Virus record (IMG/VR): IMGVR_UViG_3300002835_000148
DNA: 64,000 bases
From: a virus
Direction: 5' to 3' (one strand)
Shown here piece by piece: positions 1 through 9,102 of the stretch. Each line of letters starts with the position of its first letter. The stretch's first letter is position 1. The translations under genes were made by a program, and so were the position numbers. The notes beneath the pieces were generated by a model. It had not been told where the DNA came from and ran no database searches. It was given only the letters and a program-made list of their open reading frames with translations.

Positions 1-285
1 GTGCAGGAGTACACACCCTCTAGGGGTAATGACAAGATAACAAGACTTAACGCAATCTCAGATATTTTTGCATCAGGTAAAGTATGGGCACCGAACAAGC
101 GCTGGGCAGACGAGCTGATAGATGAAGTCGCATCCTTCCCGTCCGGTCGTTACGATGACTTTGTGGATTGCGTTTCTCTTGCTCTGTCTAGGTTTCGTGC
201 TGGCGGATTCGTTGGAACGCAGCATGATAAGAATGATTACGAAGACGAATGGATGTACAAAAGTAGACGAGCAGCCTACTACTAA
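1..285 (+). CDS. Terminase large subunit, C-terminal fragment (gene begins upstream of window)
   Basis: Frame is open from base 1. The tail ...EVASFPSGRYDDFVDCVSLAL resembles the conserved C-terminal end of large terminases. It lies directly upstream of the portal gene. Confidence 0.8.
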   Translation: MQEYTPSRGNDKITRLNAISDIFASGKVWAPNKRWADELIDEVASFPSGRYDDFVDCVSLALSRFRAGGFVGTQHDKNDYEDEWMYKSRRAAYY

Positions 286-326
286 AGCAAAAACACACAA
301 GAAAACAAACGATGAGGAAACAACGA

Positions 327-719
327 ATGACACTAGAAGAGTTTGAAGCGATCTTCAAAGAAAGAGATGAAGCGAAGTCCCCAGATGAGTTGCACGCACA
401 GGTAGTGCGAACCAAACTCCAGAATAACCTGAGCGATCTAGCGAAACTATACAACCCACCAAAGCAAAAAACTCAAGAACAGAACACTCAAGAACAAAAA
501 ACCCACGCTCGGCAGGTAGGCGGCGACCACTACAAAACCAAATCCATTCAGCCGTGGGATGTGATAGATACGCTGCCTCATGCCGAAGCTATCGGATTTT
601 ACAGGGGAAATGCTATAAAATACCTCATGCGAGCAGGAGCTAAGACTGATAATCCAGCGCGACAGGATTACGAGAAGGCACTGCATTACATTGAGAAGTT
701 GCTAGATACCCTACGGTAG
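327..719 (+). CDS. DUF3310-like phage protein
   Basis: GGDHY...GNAIKYLMRAGAK motif recalled from the DUF3310 family. The ORF opens at 312, but GAGGA lies 8 nt before ATG 327. Confidence 0.6.
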   Translation: MTLEEFEAIFKERDEAKSPDELHAQVVRTKLQNNLSDLAKLYNPPKQKTQEQNTQEQKTHARQVGGDHYKTKSIQPWDVIDTLPHAEAIGFYRGNAIKYLMRAGAKTDNPARQDYEKALHYIEKLLDTLR

Positions 720-756
720 CACCCACAAAAGCCTCCCACGAACACAGGAACCCCAC

Positions 757-3234
757 ATGCCCATAGAACGCGCTCCCCAGCAAAGCCCCCTACAGGGTTA
801 CATAGAAGAGAACCTCCGTGCTCAAAGCCCACTGCTGAGTGAGAGCGAAGAAGAGCCTGTAGAGATTATTCTTGGGCCTGAAGACGGTGAGGAGGTATTT
901 TCCATAGAAACTACAGAAATCGAAGCGCCTAGCTTTGATGCTAACCTCGCTGAGTTTATGGATGAGTCAGAGCTTGCAGCCCTGTCTGCGGATTTGCTTG
1001 ATGATTTTAGTAACGACAAGGCAGCGCGTAGAGAGTGGGAAGAGACCTATGTAGACGGGCTGGACTTGCTTGGGTTGAAGCTGGAAGAAAGGACTGAGCC
1101 TTGGAACGGAGCGTGTGGAGTATTCCACCCCATGCTGACAGAAGCGGCTATTCGGTTCCAGAGCGAGATGATCTCAGAGACATTCCCAGCACAAGGGCCA
1201 GTCAAGGCGCGGATCATTGGTAAAACGGATAAAGAGACAGAGCAGGCGGCGGCGCGAGTCGTTGCAGATATGAACTATCAGCTCACTGAGCAGATGCAGG
1301 AGTTTCGGCCAGAGCATGAAAAGATGTTGTGGTCACTGTCTCTCTCGGGCGCTGCGTTCAAGAAGGTGTATTTTGACCCGACACTGAACCGCCCTACGTC
1401 GATGTTTGTGCCAGCGGAGGACATCTACCTGCCCTACGGGTCTAGCAGTGCTAACACTGCTGAGCGCATCACTCACAGCATGCGGAAGACCAAGAACGAG
1501 GTTAAGAAGCTACAGCACAGTGGGTTCTACCGCGACATAGACTTGAACGAGCCGACGAGAGACATAGACCGTATTCAGAAGCGCAAGGACGACGACTCTG
1601 GGTTCAGTGCTATCAACGACGATAGGTATAACTTGCTTGAGATGCAGGTCGAGTTGAATCTGCCGGGGTTTGAAGACGTTGATCCAGAAACAGGTGAAGA
1701 GACAGGTATCGCTCTGCCTTATGTTGTAACCCTCGAAAGGGGTACGGGCGAGGTGCTGGCTGTCAGGAGAAACTATGAAGAGCATGATGATTTTAAGCAG
1801 CCTCGTCAGCATATTGTTCAGTATACGTACATTCCGGGTTTTGGAGCGTATGGATACGGTCTCATTCATCTTATTGGTGGTGCTACCCAGTCAGCTACCT
1901 CGATAATTCGTCAGCTAATAGATGCAGGCACGCTGAGTAACCTGCCGGGTGGGTTCAAGACCACTGGACTACGAGTAAAAGGCGACGACACACCCATAGC
2001 ACCGGGTGAGTTCAGGGATGTGGATATTCCCAGCGGAGCGATGCGTGACAACATCATGCCTCTGCCGTACAAGGAGCCGAGTGCTACGCTGTTCCAGCTA
2101 TTGCAGAACGTAGTGGAGGAGGGCCGCAGGCTAGCAGCCGTGGCTGATGTTAAGCTCAACGAGATGAATGGTGAGGCTCCCGTCGGTACGACGCTGGCGA
2201 TCCTAGAGCGCACTCTGAAGGTTATGTCGGCAGTGCAGGCGCGGGTTCATGCGTCGATGGCTCAGGAGTTCAAGCTGATTGCGGCCCTGATAAGGGACTA
2301 CACCGCCCCTGACTATTCATACCTCCCGGATGACGTAGCCCCTGCTAGTGCTAAAAAGCAGGACTATGAGAAGACTGACATAATCCCAGTATCTGATCCT
2401 AACGCTACGACAATGGCGCAGAGGATCATTCAGTACCAAGCCGCGATACAGCTAGCGCAGATGGCTCCGCAGATTTATAACCTCCCACTGCTACACAGGC
2501 AGATGCTGGACGTTATGGGTATACGTGACGCAGATAAAATCATTGAGGTGGATGATGACCTCAAGCCGACCGATCCTGTTACGGAGAACATGCAGTTAAT
2601 CAAGATGAAACCAGCGAAAGCGTTCATCGAGCAGAACCATGACGCGCACTTGGCTGTGCATAATGCCTTCATACAAGACCCCAAAGTGGCCGCTCAGATG
2701 GGCCAGAATCCTCAAGCGCAGGCTATTATGCAGGCGTTTCAGGCGCATATCGCGGAGCATATCGGGTTCTCGTATAGAAAGCAGATTGAGTTACAGCTAG
2801 GCGTACCTCTACCCCCGCCCGACGAAGATATGCCTCCAGAATTGGAAGCAAGGGTGGCTCCGCTATTGGCACAGGCCGCACAGCAGGCGTTACAGCAGTC
2901 TCAGGCCGAGGCACAGGCGCAACAAGCCCAGCAGCAGGCTCAAGACCCCGTGATGCAGATGCAGATGAAAGAGCTTCAGCTTAAAGAGCAGGAGCTACAG
3001 ATGAAAGCGCAGATTGAGCAGGCCAAAATCCAAGCGGATAAGGAGATTGCCATTATGGACAATCAGACCAAACTCCAGATTCAAGGGGCCAAGGACAAGC
3101 AGGAAGGCTTCAAAGTAGGCTTCGATGCAGTTAAAGAGTACGTCATGAAGGATGGTGAACGCGCACACGGACGTGAGGAAAAGCAGAAAGATCGGGATCA
3201 CTCCGCAGCGCAAGAGCGCGGGAGGTCGGTTTGA
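757..3234 (+). CDS. Portal protein with long Q/A/E/K-rich C-terminal helical extension
   Basis: 825-aa ORF right after the terminase gene. Size, position and core segments (e.g. GAAFKKVYFDP) fit a podovirus portal. The last ~130 aa are Gln/Ala/Glu/Lys-rich and coiled-coil-like. Confidence 0.8.
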   Translation: MPIERAPQQSPLQGYIEENLRAQSPLLSESEEEPVEIILGPEDGEEVFSIETTEIEAPSFDANLAEFMDESELAALSADLLDDFSNDKAARREWEETYVDGLDLLGLKLEERTEPWNGACGVFHPMLTEAAIRFQSEMISETFPAQGPVKARIIGKTDKETEQAAARVVADMNYQLTEQMQEFRPEHEKMLWSLSLSGAAFKKVYFDPTLNRPTSMFVPAEDIYLPYGSSSANTAERITHSMRKTKNEVKKLQHSGFYRDIDLNEPTRDIDRIQKRKDDDSGFSAINDDRYNLLEMQVELNLPGFEDVDPETGEETGIALPYVVTLERGTGEVLAVRRNYEEHDDFKQPRQHIVQYTYIPGFGAYGYGLIHLIGGATQSATSIIRQLIDAGTLSNLPGGFKTTGLRVKGDDTPIAPGEFRDVDIPSGAMRDNIMPLPYKEPSATLFQLLQNVVEEGRRLAAVADVKLNEMNGEAPVGTTLAILERTLKVMSAVQARVHASMAQEFKLIAALIRDYTAPDYSYLPDDVAPASAKKQDYEKTDIIPVSDPNATTMAQRIIQYQAAIQLAQMAPQIYNLPLLHRQMLDVMGIRDADKIIEVDDDLKPTDPVTENMQLIKMKPAKAFIEQNHDAHLAVHNAFIQDPKVAAQMGQNPQAQAIMQAFQAHIAEHIGFSYRKQIELQLGVPLPPPDEDMPPELEARVAPLLAQAAQQALQQSQAEAQAQQAQQQAQDPVMQMQMKELQLKEQELQMKAQIEQAKIQADKEIAIMDNQTKLQIQGAKDKQEGFKVGFDAVKEYVMKDGERAHGREEKQKDRDHSAAQERGRSV

Positions 3235-3661
3235 CTACGCTAAAGGCGGTAAAGTAACACAAGACCCGTATGACTTTTCAGATAGATATAACACACCATT
3301 AACCCCCAAGGAGGAGCGTGCTTTTAAGGAGTGGGCTGGAGAAAAGGTAAAAGACCTGTATGACTATGACCTGAAAGGATTTTGGAAATCTGGTGCAGGC
3401 TTAGATGCTAGAGGGCATGGGTTAGATCAGTACAAAAAGCCTAACCATCCTACTTTTAGCAATCAGAGCTTGTACCACGGGGTTGATGGACAAACGGGCG
3501 GGGCTTGGTCTGAAGCTCCTGATGGGCAGGTTGTGTTTACTCCTTCTAGGCACAATCTTAAAAATATGCCTCTGCCCGTTATGAAACGCTACTTTGATGA
3601 ACGAGAACCGGGCGCGTTGATAAATATAGACCCAGCAACAATAGAGGAAATAAACGAATGA
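3152..3661 (+). CDS. Hypothetical virion-module protein (start uncertain)
   Basis: 169-aa ORF overlapping the portal 3' end by 83 nt, with no alternative start after the portal stop. It contains FDYAKGGKV and the segment YDLKGFW...KKPNHPTFS. Confidence 0.5.
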   Translation: MVNAHTDVRKSRKIGITPQRKSAGGRFDYAKGGKVTQDPYDFSDRYNTPLTPKEERAFKEWAGEKVKDLYDYDLKGFWKSGAGLDARGHGLDQYKKPNHPTFSNQSLYHGVDGQTGGAWSEAPDGQVVFTPSRHNLKNMPLPVMKRYFDEREPGALINIDPATIEEINE

Positions 3662-3843
3662 AAACGCCGGTTGATCTTGTTATAAAAAATCTCGAAGAGG
3701 CTATTTCTTGCCGCAGAGATGCTATTACAAAGGGGCCGATAAGCTCTTTTGAGGAGTATAAATACCTCACCGGGGTCATTGCTGGCCTACAGGCGGCGCT
3801 GGATGCTGTGAAAATAGCGCAGAAACAGTACGAAGAAGATTGA
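3658..3843 (+). CDS. Hypothetical protein (61 aa)
   Basis: ATGA start/stop overlap with the upstream ORF. A hairpin follows its stop. Confidence 0.5.
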   Translation: MKTPVDLVIKNLEEAISCRRDAITKGPISSFEEYKYLTGVIAGLQAALDAVKIAQKQYEED

Positions 3844-3850
3844 TTTTTTG

Positions 3851-3879
3851 TGGGGGATGGAATCAGGCCACATCCCCCA
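3851..3879 (+). terminator. Terminator-like hairpin
   Basis: tgggggatg / catccccca forms a 9-bp stem with an 11-nt loop, followed by ttatatt. The U-tract is only moderate. Confidence 0.4.
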
Positions 3880-3910
3880 TTATATTCTGGCCTGCTGTTA
3901 AGGAGCTTTT

Positions 3911-4300
3911 ATGTCAGTTGCTGATATTGATACGGAAAAAACGCAAGAAAATGCTGAAGCCTTGGCTTCTCGCCTACCCGACCCAGTAGGGTACAAAATG
4001 CTGGTTGTAAAACCAGAAATCGAAGCGCGTTCTGAAGGCGGTATTTTGAAGCCTAAAGAGTTCTTGGATAGAGAAAAAGCTGGTGCAGTAGTAGGGCTTG
4101 TCCTTAAACAAGGCGATCTTTGCTACAAAGATGAGGATAAGTTTCCCTCTGGCCCGTGGTGTAAGGAAGGGGATTTTGTCCTTATCGGAGCCTATAGAGG
4201 CTCTCGTTTTTCCGTAGACGGACAGGAGTTTGTCATTATTAACGACGACATGATCGAAGGTGTCGTTGCCGATCCTCGTGGAATTAACCGCGCATACTAG
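3911..4300 (+). CDS. GroES/Cpn10-like co-chaperonin fold protein
   Basis: KMLVVKPEIEARSEGGILKP...GLVLKQGD...EGDFVLIGAYRGSRFSVDGQEFVIINDDMIEGVV follows the GroES pattern as I recall it: hydrophobic strand, GGI-hydrophobic-x-P (here GGILKP), a G-x-V-x-x-x-G core strand (here the segment ending GLVLKQGD), GD-x-V, and a trailing D-I-hydrophobic motif near the C-terminus (here DDMIEGVV). Confidence 0.6.
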   Translation: MSVADIDTEKTQENAEALASRLPDPVGYKMLVVKPEIEARSEGGILKPKEFLDREKAGAVVGLVLKQGDLCYKDEDKFPSGPWCKEGDFVLIGAYRGSRFSVDGQEFVIINDDMIEGVVADPRGINRAY

Positions 4301-4309
4301 GAGTAAATC

Positions 4310-5281
4310 ATGGCTGAAATAGATGACGATTTTGGTGCTGAAGAGGAAGTCTACGTCGTAGGCTCCAACAAGGACAAACCCAAAGATGAAGTAGAAATCG
4401 AGATTGTCGATGACACTCCTGAAGAGGACAAAGGCAGAAAGCCCTTAAAAGCAGACAAGGAAGAAACGCAGGAAGATGAGCTAGACAAATACTCTGATGG
4501 CGTTCAGAAAAGATTCAACCAGCTTACTCATCGGTATCACGATGAGCGCCGCGCTAAAGAAGCCCTAGAAAAGCAGAATAGCGAAGCGGTAGCACTGGCG
4601 CAGGCCATTCTTGCTGAAAACGAAAAGCTCAAGCAGACCCTTACTTGGGGACAGCAAGAGTACGTTAATGAAGTAAACGCCAAGATTGACTACGCACAGA
4701 AGCTGGCCGAAGATAAGTACCGTCGTGCTTATGAGTCAGGTGATACGGAAGGGGTTTTGGATGCACAAAGAGCGCTACAGGATGTAGCTGTTCAGAAGTC
4801 CAGAATGAGCGATTTTAGACCGCCTATTCCTGAAGTAGAGCAACGTGAAAATAATGCTTTACAACAGCCACAACAACCTGTATATAATCAACCTCATATA
4901 GAGCAGCAGAAACCACAAGCGCCTGTACGCGACCCTAGAGCGGAAGAATGGGCTTCCAAAAATCCTTGGTTCGGTGCAGATGAGGAAATGACCTCCTTGG
5001 CTTATGGCTTGCACTCTAAGCTGGTAAATTCGGGTGTCGATCCGCAGTCAGATGAATACTATGCGACTATCGACAAACGCATCAGGGATGTATTTCCTGA
5101 ATACTTTGGAAAGACGAAAGAAAAGCCGCGAACCTCGTCCCCCGTGGCTCCTGCTGGCAGGTCAACTGCAAGTAGGAAAGTGACGCTAAATCCACATCAA
5201 GTGGCCCTAGCAAAGAAACTCGGCGTTCCATTAGCAGAATACGCTAAACACGTCGCTAAACTGGAGCAGCGCAATGGCTAA
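4310..5281 (+). CDS. Putative scaffolding protein
   Basis: 323 aa with an acidic N-terminus and long charged helical segments. It lies between the portal and capsid genes. Confidence 0.5.
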   Translation: MAEIDDDFGAEEEVYVVGSNKDKPKDEVEIEIVDDTPEEDKGRKPLKADKEETQEDELDKYSDGVQKRFNQLTHRYHDERRAKEALEKQNSEAVALAQAILAENEKLKQTLTWGQQEYVNEVNAKIDYAQKLAEDKYRRAYESGDTEGVLDAQRALQDVAVQKSRMSDFRPPIPEVEQRENNALQQPQQPVYNQPHIEQQKPQAPVRDPRAEEWASKNPWFGADEEMTSLAYGLHSKLVNSGVDPQSDEYYATIDKRIRDVFPEYFGKTKEKPRTSSPVAPAGRSTASRKVTLNPHQVALAKKLGVPLAEYAKHVAKLEQRNG

Positions 5282-5735
5282 TATCCAAATAGATAGAAAA
5301 CAAAGAACCAATGAAACACGGGAAGATGAGGTACGTCAAGTATCTTGGAGGCCCGCGCACGATCTGCCGACTCCCGCACCACAGGACGGCTATGTATTTC
5401 ATTGGAAACGTGTATCTATGGTAGGCCAAGCCGACCCCGCTAATATGGCTAAGGCGCGTCGTGAAGGATGGGAACCGTGCAAAGCGGAAGATCATCCTGA
5501 AATGCTGGCAGATTTCGCCGCTTTTGGGCTGCAAGCCACAGGGATCATTGAAATTGGTGGTCTCGTGCTCTGTAAGTCTACTGTTGAGAACGCACTGGCG
5601 CGTAAGGCGTACTATGAAAACGCAACTCACGCTCAGACTCAAGCAGTAGATCAGAACTTTTTACGTGAAAATGACCCGCGTATGCCTCTCTTTAAGGAAG
5701 GCAGGACAAAGGTTTCTTTCGGTCGCGGTTCCTGA
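5274..5735 (+). CDS. Hypothetical head-module protein (153 aa)
   Basis: Coding-like ORF overlapping the scaffold stop by 8 nt. No motif recognised. Confidence 0.5.
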   Translation: MANIQIDRKQRTNETREDEVRQVSWRPAHDLPTPAPQDGYVFHWKRVSMVGQADPANMAKARREGWEPCKAEDHPEMLADFAAFGLQATGIIEIGGLVLCKSTVENALARKAYYENATHAQTQAVDQNFLRENDPRMPLFKEGRTKVSFGRGS

Positions 5736-5772
5736 TTATTCGGGGCCGCTTAAAATTATTTAGGAGTTTACT

Positions 5773-6411
5773 ATGCCTAGTGTTTTCAATCCCGGCCCCT
5801 CCGGTTTCCTCCCGGTAAACCTGCTGGGTGGTCGTGTATATGCGGGTTCAACCCGACACATCCCGATTGCTTCTGGTTATGCTCAGAACATCGGTTTTGG
5901 TGATCTTGTCGCTCTTGACGCTAACGGTCAGGCCGTTCGTGTTGATACCTCTGCTGGTGCTAAGGCTGACTTTAATACCGCAAAGGTCATTGGTGTCTTC
6001 CTCGGTTGCGGTTATTCACAGACCTCTGGGCTGAAATATACGCTTAACGCTCAGAACTGGGTGTCAGGCACCACTGCTTCTGATGTTTATGCTGTTGTCG
6101 TAGATGACCCGGATGCCATTTTTCAGGTAACTCTGACCAATGCTTCTGGTGTTCAGTACACCTCTTCTGCGGCTACTCAGTCCAATGTTGGTAACAACAT
6201 CGGTTACTACCAGCCCGCTACGTTCGTTAATGCCTCTGGCAATAGCACCGTGTCTGCAAACCTTGCGTCTGCAACTACCACCAGCACCCTGCCCTTCCGT
6301 ATTATTGACGTAGTGCAGGAAAGTGCCCTACCGTCTGATGGATCGTTTACGCAGGTTCTGGTTACGTATAACTTCGGTCTGCATTTCTATCGTCAGGCTA
6401 CAGGCATCTAA
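5773..6411 (+). CDS. Virion structural protein, possible capsid decoration/cement protein
   Basis: 212-aa Gly/Thr/Ser/Val-rich, beta-type composition. A good AGGAG RBS precedes it, and it sits immediately upstream of the major capsid gene. Confidence 0.35.
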   Translation: MPSVFNPGPSGFLPVNLLGGRVYAGSTRHIPIASGYAQNIGFGDLVALDANGQAVRVDTSAGAKADFNTAKVIGVFLGCGYSQTSGLKYTLNAQNWVSGTTASDVYAVVVDDPDAIFQVTLTNASGVQYTSSAATQSNVGNNIGYYQPATFVNASGNSTVSANLASATTTSTLPFRIIDVVQESALPSDGSFTQVLVTYNFGLHFYRQATGI

Positions 6412-6424
6412 GGAGTAATTATCA

Positions 6425-7333
6425 ATGGCTGCTATTTCACGCGCGCAACTACTTAAAGAACTGCTCCCCGGCCTGAACGCCCTGTTCGGTCTGGAATACG
6501 CACGTTATGGTGAAGAATGGAAAGAACTGTTTGAGATCGAAAGTTCTGACCGTTCCTTTGAAGAAGAACAGAAGCTGTCCGGTTTCGGCGCTGCTCCTGT
6601 AAAGAACGAAGGCTCTGCTATCACCTATGACACCGCTCAGGAAGCATGGTCTACCCGATACACCCACGAAACCATCGCTCTTGGCTTCTCTCTGACCGAG
6701 GAAGCTGTAGAAGATAACCTGTATGACTCTCTGTCTGCTCGTTATACTAAGGCGCTGGCTCGTGCTATGGCGTACACCAAGGAAGTCAAGGGCGCTAACG
6801 TGCTCAACAACGGCTTCAACGCTAACTACCCCGGCGGCGACGGCAAACAGCTTTTCAGCAACGCTCACCCGTTGGTTAATGGCTCTACCCTGTCTAACGT
6901 ACCTTCTACCCCCACTGACCTGAATGAAACTTCTCTTGAGAACGCCGTCATTCAGATTTCTCTGTGGACTGACGAACGTGGACTGCTCATCGCAGCAAAA
7001 CCGAAGAAGCTGATTATTCCTCCGGCTCTTCAGTTCGTTGCTACCCGTCTGTTGGAAACCCAGCTTCGTGTTGGCACCACCGACAACGACATCAACGCTC
7101 TGGTTAACAACGGCTCTATTCCGGGCGGCTACAGCATCAACCACTTCTTGACCGACACGAACGCTTGGTTCTTGCAGACTGACGTTCCTAACGGCCTGAA
7201 GCACTTCGTTCGTGCTGCTCTGGCTACCTCTATGGATAGCGACTTCGATACCGGCAACGCCCGTTACAAGGCTCGTGAAAGGTACTCGTACGGTTGGAGT
7301 GACCCGCTGGCTATGTTCGGCTCGCAGGGCTAA
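6425..7333 (+). CDS. Major capsid protein (HK97-fold type)
   Basis: 302 aa. Position, strongly biased codon use and segments such as LFSNAHP and KPKKLIIPPAL resemble Mu gpT-like major head proteins. A strong terminator follows. Confidence 0.8.
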   Translation: MAAISRAQLLKELLPGLNALFGLEYARYGEEWKELFEIESSDRSFEEEQKLSGFGAAPVKNEGSAITYDTAQEAWSTRYTHETIALGFSLTEEAVEDNLYDSLSARYTKALARAMAYTKEVKGANVLNNGFNANYPGGDGKQLFSNAHPLVNGSTLSNVPSTPTDLNETSLENAVIQISLWTDERGLLIAAKPKKLIIPPALQFVATRLLETQLRVGTTDNDINALVNNGSIPGGYSINHFLTDTNAWFLQTDVPNGLKHFVRAALATSMDSDFDTGNARYKARERYSYGWSDPLAMFGSQG

Positions 7334-7355
7334 ACCTTGTAAATCAAGGACTTGG

Positions 7356-7378
7356 AAGGGGCTTCGGCCCCTTTCTTT
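7356..7378 (+). terminator. Rho-independent terminator after the major capsid gene
   Basis: aaggggc-ttcg-gcccctt (7-bp GC stem, TTCG loop) followed by tcttt. Confidence 0.8.
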
Positions 7379-7388
7379 GGATAAAATT

Positions 7389-8045
7389 ATGAACAAAACT
7401 ATTTTTGAAGGTAATAAAGCATTTATCGGCGCTGAACATGGGAAGCCCCTATTTTTGTCTGAAGTCGATAAGAGAAAGGTTAAAGCCATAGCAGGTAAAT
7501 ACGGTGTTTGGTACGAAGGCGCGGGGGGTGATGTTGAATCTAACGCAAGTTTGTTTGCGCCTGAAGACTACGAAGGGTCGTGGGATGACAAGTTTGCTGG
7601 CTCTGTACAAGGCTATCCCTATGAGTTTTTGTACACGATTTTCACTAATACCTCGGTTAACAAGCAAGCAAAAGCCTTGACTGCTCCCAGCAAAACCATA
7701 TTCGCCAGCATCATGGCCGCACAAGAAAAAGTAGGCTACTTCAAAGACAGAAAATTTGGAGAAAATACTCTGCGAAAATTTCTTATAAATTGTGCAAGTG
7801 TGGGCATAAATTTCTTGGTGATGAGCCAGAAGAAAGCTACTGCGGATAACGTGGCCCAGTTTCTTAAAGCGGGCGAACAGTTGATGTGGCCTTCAAACTG
7901 GTCGGAGTACCCCAATGCTGCGGGTAAAGCTATGAAAAAAGCCGAAGAAGCTAGGATAAAGTTCCTTAAAAGTGCCGCTTCTGGGGTATATGTAGTGGGT
8001 AAAGACCACTTAAAATTTTTAGTTGACACGCACCGAAAACCCTAG
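7389..8045 (+). CDS. Hypothetical protein in moron-like position (219 aa)
   Basis: ATG 7389 lies just after the capsid terminator; the ORF-track extension to 7212 overlaps the capsid gene. The sequence is visibly more A/T-rich than its neighbours. No motif recognised. Confidence 0.6.
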   Translation: MNKTIFEGNKAFIGAEHGKPLFLSEVDKRKVKAIAGKYGVWYEGAGGDVESNASLFAPEDYEGSWDDKFAGSVQGYPYEFLYTIFTNTSVNKQAKALTAPSKTIFASIMAAQEKVGYFKDRKFGENTLRKFLINCASVGINFLVMSQKKATADNVAQFLKAGEQLMWPSNWSEYPNAAGKAMKKAEEARIKFLKSAASGVYVVGKDHLKFLVDTHRKP

Positions 8046-8051
8046 TATAAG
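8023..8051 (+). promoter_or_regulatory. Sigma70-like promoter TTGACA-N17-TATAAG
   Basis: TTGACA at 8023-8028, a 17-nt spacer, TATAAG at 8046-8051. It overlaps the 3' end of the moron-like ORF and lies ~90 nt upstream of the 8142 gene. Confidence 0.55.
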
Positions 8052-8141
8052 AAAACTAAATCTGGGACTTTTTATTTTGCCTGTCAGACTGGCCCAGCAG
8101 ACTAGCACACGATTTCAGGCGCAAGTGCATGAGGAAATTCG

Positions 8142-8582
8142 ATGGCTTTTTCAACCTTCTCTGGCCCAATTCGCTCTGGTACTGTTCGTTACGGTACTGG
8201 CAATAATACCGGCGTTGCCGTTCTCGCACAGTCAGCCTCTCTTGGTCTGACTACTTCTGTTGCCTGCGTCCTCCCTGCTGGTGCACAGATTCTGAATATC
8301 TTCATTGACGTAACCACTACGTTCACTACCAGCTCGACGCTGGCTGTTGGCGACGGCACCACTGCTGATAAATACGTCACGGCGATTACCACTCCTACTG
8401 CTGGCCGTCAGACTATTACGTTCACCGCAGCGCAGCTCACGGCTATGTCTAACATTGGCACTACTGATGTGGCGGTAACTATCACTATGGCAGGCACCAC
8501 TGCTGTTGCAGGTGCGGGATTCATTACCGTTGTCTATGCACAGAAAGCTAGCGATGGCTCACAAGACCCAGCAACTCCGTAA
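8142..8582 (+). CDS. Putative virion structural protein (146 aa, Thr/Ala/Gly-rich)
   Basis: GAGGA RBS and beta-rich composition, lying downstream of the promoter at 8023. Confidence 0.45.
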   Translation: MAFSTFSGPIRSGTVRYGTGNNTGVAVLAQSASLGLTTSVACVLPAGAQILNIFIDVTTTFTTSSTLAVGDGTTADKYVTAITTPTAGRQTITFTAAQLTAMSNIGTTDVAVTITMAGTTAVAGAGFITVVYAQKASDGSQDPATP

Positions 8583-8593
8583 GTAGTTAGCAA

Positions 8594-8842
8594 ATGGTTA
8601 CACCAGTGGAACCGCAAGTTATAGTAGACGCTGTTATCGCACTGGTCGGTGCTTTGTTTGGTTGGTTGTTCAAGATGGTCTGGGATGCTATCAAAGAGCT
8701 ACAGAAAGACATCAAGGATACCAACCAAACTATCCATGAAAGCTACGTCAGAAAAGACGACTACCGCGTTGAGATTGCTGAGATCAAAGGCATGTTCAAC
8801 CGGATAATGGATAAGCTAGACGGCAAGGTAGATAAACAATGA
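8594..8842 (+). CDS. Small protein with N-terminal hydrophobic helix
   Basis: VIVDAVIALVGALFGWLFKMVW is followed by a charged helical region. It is either membrane-anchored or a virion protein. Confidence 0.45.
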   Translation: MVTPVEPQVIVDAVIALVGALFGWLFKMVWDAIKELQKDIKDTNQTIHESYVRKDDYRVEIAEIKGMFNRIMDKLDGKVDKQ

Positions 8843-9093
8843 CCAGACCTTCACGCGGAGTTGCCGCAATACAGAAAAAAGCCAGAGGAAATGATATGAA
8901 AGCTAAGAATGTTTCCATGAAAAAGACCAAGATGTCTGTCAAAAAGCCTATGGACAGAGCAAGCCTCGGCCCCGCTATGAGCGCCGGAGCTATTCCGGGC
9001 ATGAAAATGGGCGGTTCTTGTAAGGGTTATGCTAAGGGCGGCTCTATTGATGGTGTTGCTAAGAAAGGCAAAACCAAAGGCAAAATGTGCTAA
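8839..9093 (+). CDS. Lys-rich basic small protein
   Basis: ATGA overlap with the upstream stop. Very basic, and contains GYAKGGSIDG. Confidence 0.5.
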   Translation: MTRPSRGVAAIQKKARGNDMKAKNVSMKKTKMSVKKPMDRASLGPAMSAGAIPGMKMGGSCKGYAKGGSIDGVAKKGKTKGKMC

Positions 9094-9102
9094 GAGGGTA
9101 TT

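Noticed and set aside
6449-7489. 346-aa minus-strand ORF covering the whole major capsid gene.
   Set aside because: It is entirely antisense to a strongly coding-looking, RBS-preceded capsid gene. Its translation is low-complexity, and there is no RBS or operon context on the minus strand.
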